Origin: Lingula anatina
Taxonomy: Eukaryota > Animalia > Brachiopoda
DNA: 64,000 nt
Direction of reading: 5' to 3'
Assembly (NCBI GenBank): GCA_051362555.1
Contig: CM120649.1
Span: forward strand, 5,084,001 to 5,148,000
The notes under the pieces were generated by a model. That model was given only the letters and a program-made list of their open reading frames with translations, was not told the DNA's origin and did not search any database. The position numbers and the translations under genes were made by a program. This document shows positions 49,652 through 64,000 of the stretch, one piece after another (within the stretch, counting starts at the first letter, position 1; each line of letters begins with the position of its first letter).

Positions 49652-51190
49652 GAGATTTTATGTACAATCTTTTTCATCATTTTACAAACATAATGTAATA
49701 CAAAGGTACTGACAATTTATGACATTACCACTTCAGGCGACAAAAACTTTTTCTTAGAATCTCTAAAACCAAACCGCGCATTCCCCATTGTCAAATACTC
49801 ATGCTACAGAATACATTTTTGTAACAACCTTTTTTTAAAGCTTCTACTTGTACTATGTACATGGTCGATCACTTAAATAGAGGTTATTTACAAATATATC
49901 ATTTCCTCGTATAAATAAGATTTACAATTACGAAAAAAACTAAGGATGGAAACCACACTGGCACTGCTGCTGTTCATTACAAGCTTGAAGACGAGCAAAT
50001 CCGGAGACAAGTGTGCTGTTCGAGTTCTCTTCATTAAACAATTAAGACATACCCAAGTTCAACTTTCTTAAATATAAACCACATAAATGATCTTATTAGT
50101 TTTTGATTATATACGAAGAACAAGAACTTAAGTGTGATAGCTATGTGAACTTTAAAAACTAGTGATTTCCCGTCTTCAGCGGAAGTTTCACGCCGGTTGT
50201 CTCATCGTCTACAACACAATAATTTTACACTTCAAATGTGATTTTAAACTTCTCCTGCTGTGGTACGGTAATTATTTACACATTTCACACACCTGTTTCA
50301 ATTTATTCTGCTCAAGTTTCATCAGTAACAAGTATCCAACTCTTTTTTTTTTTCAGAAAAAAAAATCACTTCAACTGCTTGAAACGAAACATATCAAGAC
50401 GTAAAAATCAAAATAGTTTCATTCACTGAGTAACTACCATATCTAGTGTCTTCTAAAAGAAAAGCATACATATCCTTTGTCCTCAAAATAATGCACTTTT
50501 ATTGCCTTTCACCAGATCATGTATTATAATAAAATATAATTCACTCAGGTCCTGGTGTTTTTATTTAATGTTATATATATATATCACCACTTTTTTCCAA
50601 AGAAAATCAGTACATAATTTTCATTCCTCAAATGACTATACCAAAGTTGCTCTCAACATACTGAATACAAAATATATACATTGTAACTCAAGCAATATAC
50701 ACAGCTCAGTTCAGTATGAAGAATAATAAACGGTCCTCCCTTGCTGAAAAATTCATTTCATGAAGTTTGTTAACTCAACTTCAGTTCCAAATGCACAGCC
50801 AATTTAAATCAACTGAAATAGATATCTAAAAACGACCTTGTCGTGCTAGGCACTGGGCCATTTAGCCTCCTCATCACGTGCCCATCTGCATATTTACACT
50901 GTCTAGTCCTGTTTTCTGTGAAGCACTCAAAATCCATGCAACTTATTCCTTTTGCAAGAGTCCATCACGTTTTGAGTACTTCTCAAAGCAGCATTTTTTT
51001 TTATCAAAAAAAAAAAAATGTTCCACTTCAAATGGTTATTCACAACCACCGACAAGTATCAAGTTCAAACAGAATGTCCAGTTCTCCTCTGCCTAGATCC
51101 TGTTCTGTCGAACTTAGCAAAACCAAAGCAGTGCCAGTGATAACATAACACAAGATGACCGACGTGTTGGTCAGTAGGATCCAGCAGTTC

Positions 51191-62531
<11,341 letters not shown>

Positions 62532-62587
62532 TTAAACTTTAAGGCCCTCTGTTAAAACAAGGCAGCAAAGCTGTCAAATGTACAGAC

Positions 62588-64000
62588 AAAAAGCAGGAAA
62601 TAACAAAATAGGCTACTGTCAATTCTGATGCAAAAGTACATTATGTTAAACTGCAAATTCAACATCAAATTTTAATTGTGCTTAACAGGTAAAACCAATG
62701 TAAGTAAAATGTGTAACAAGCATAAGGCCCATGGGAGTTCAAGTTCACACTTTGAAAATGTACAACTTCCAGAAAAAGAAGTCAATTAGACTGCTTTTCC
62801 AACTCCAGCTGCATTTTAGTCCTGTATTTCTTTTTTGAAAGTTTGGCAATCATAAGTAACATGGTTTTCCCATAATGGTCATCATGGCAGCAGCACCCAA
62901 AATTGTGTTTTCTTCTATTCTGATGCAATATTACATAATGGTTAACAGCATAATGACCATCAATTTTTAATAATAAAATATTAGTATCATGGATATTCAG
63001 AAAATGTGACTAGAAAAGGTCTTCAGGCCCATGGTACTTCAAAGTCACAACTTGAAAATGCTAAAATGTAAACAAGACAGCACTGTTCTGAAATGTTTTT
63101 TCCCCCCATTTTTAACAATTTTTTTTTACATTAAACAAAATTAAAAGTTTACTGCCATTTTTATATGATCACCTAAAAAAGCAGGAAATAAAATAGGCTA
63201 CTGTCAATTCTGATGCAAAAGTACATTATGTTAAACTGCAAATTCAACATCAAATTTTAATTATGCTCAACAGGTAATACCAATGTAAGTAAAATGTGTT
63301 ACAAACATAAGGCTTCAGGCCCATGGGAGTTCAAGTTCACCCTTTGAAAATGTAAAACTTCCAGAAAAAGAAGCCAATTAGACTGCTTTTTCAACTCAGG
63401 CTGCATTTTAGTCCTGTGTTTCTGTTTTGAACATTTGGCAATCATAAGAAACATGGTTTTCCCATAATGGTCATCATAGCAGCAGCACCCAAAATTGTGT
63501 ATTCTTCTATTCTGATGCAATATTACATAATGGTTAACAGCATAATGACCGTCAAATTTTAAAAATGAAATATACGTATCATGGATTTTCAGAAAATGTG
63601 ACTAGCATGGGTCTTCAAGCTGTGGAACTTAAAAGTCACACCTTGAAAATGTAAAAATGTGAAAAAATTAAATTTTCACAAAAAAAAAAAAAAAAAAACT
63701 GTTTAACTGGCAGATTGCATTGCCTACTGAAGCTATATTTTAGTCCCATGTTTCTTTCCTGTAAGTTTGAGAACAGTAAGTGACATGGTTTTTCTTAAAT
63801 GGTCATCATGGGAGCAGTGCCCAAAATAGGTTTTTTTCAAATTTTGATGCAATATTACATAATGTTTAACACCATAATGACCATCAATTTTTAATAATAA
63901 AATATTAGTATCATAAATATTTAGAAAATGTGACTAGCAAAGGTCTTCAGGCCCATGGAACTTCAAAGTCACAACTTGAAAATGCCAAAATGTAAACAAG
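62588..64000. repeat. Intronic tandem repeat, ~590-bp period made of two diverged ~300-bp subunits
   Basis: AAAAGCAGGAAATAA..GGCTACTGTCAATTCTGATGC at ~62588 and ~63177; AGGCCCATGG..TTCAA motif at ~62724, 63026, 63317, (63617), 63950; runs off the window. Confidence 0.85.

Overview
AT-rich, intron-containing animal DNA (marine-invertebrate-like; species not determinable here). Three gene blocks. (1) 1-25.9 kb: tandem array of four clan-2 (CYP2-like) cytochrome P450 genes on +; the first is truncated by the window edge and three are complete, with 9 coding exons and ~500 aa. (2) 25.5-49.9 kb: a triplicated 7-10 kb unit. Each copy carries a CYP terminal exon (real, orphan, decayed), an intact 6-exon gene largely missed by the ORF track that encodes a ~260-aa secreted protein (signal peptide + PAN/Apple domain + CBM4/9-like beta-sandwich resembling bacterial carbohydrate-binding modules), and a copy of the sequence at the presumed POLR2A 3' end. 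(3) 51.2-64 kb: 3' half of POLR2A/RPB1 on -, with a ~47-50 heptad CTD. Paralogous copies supply empty sites for many non-autonomous transposons (Ginger1-, EnSpm-, Kolobok-, Harbinger- and Helentron-like) and reveal recurrent TA->TA-NNNN-TA micro-insertions that look like excision footprints. A putative solo LTR and a Rex/Babar LINE fragment are also present. All calls are by-eye reading; no searches were run.
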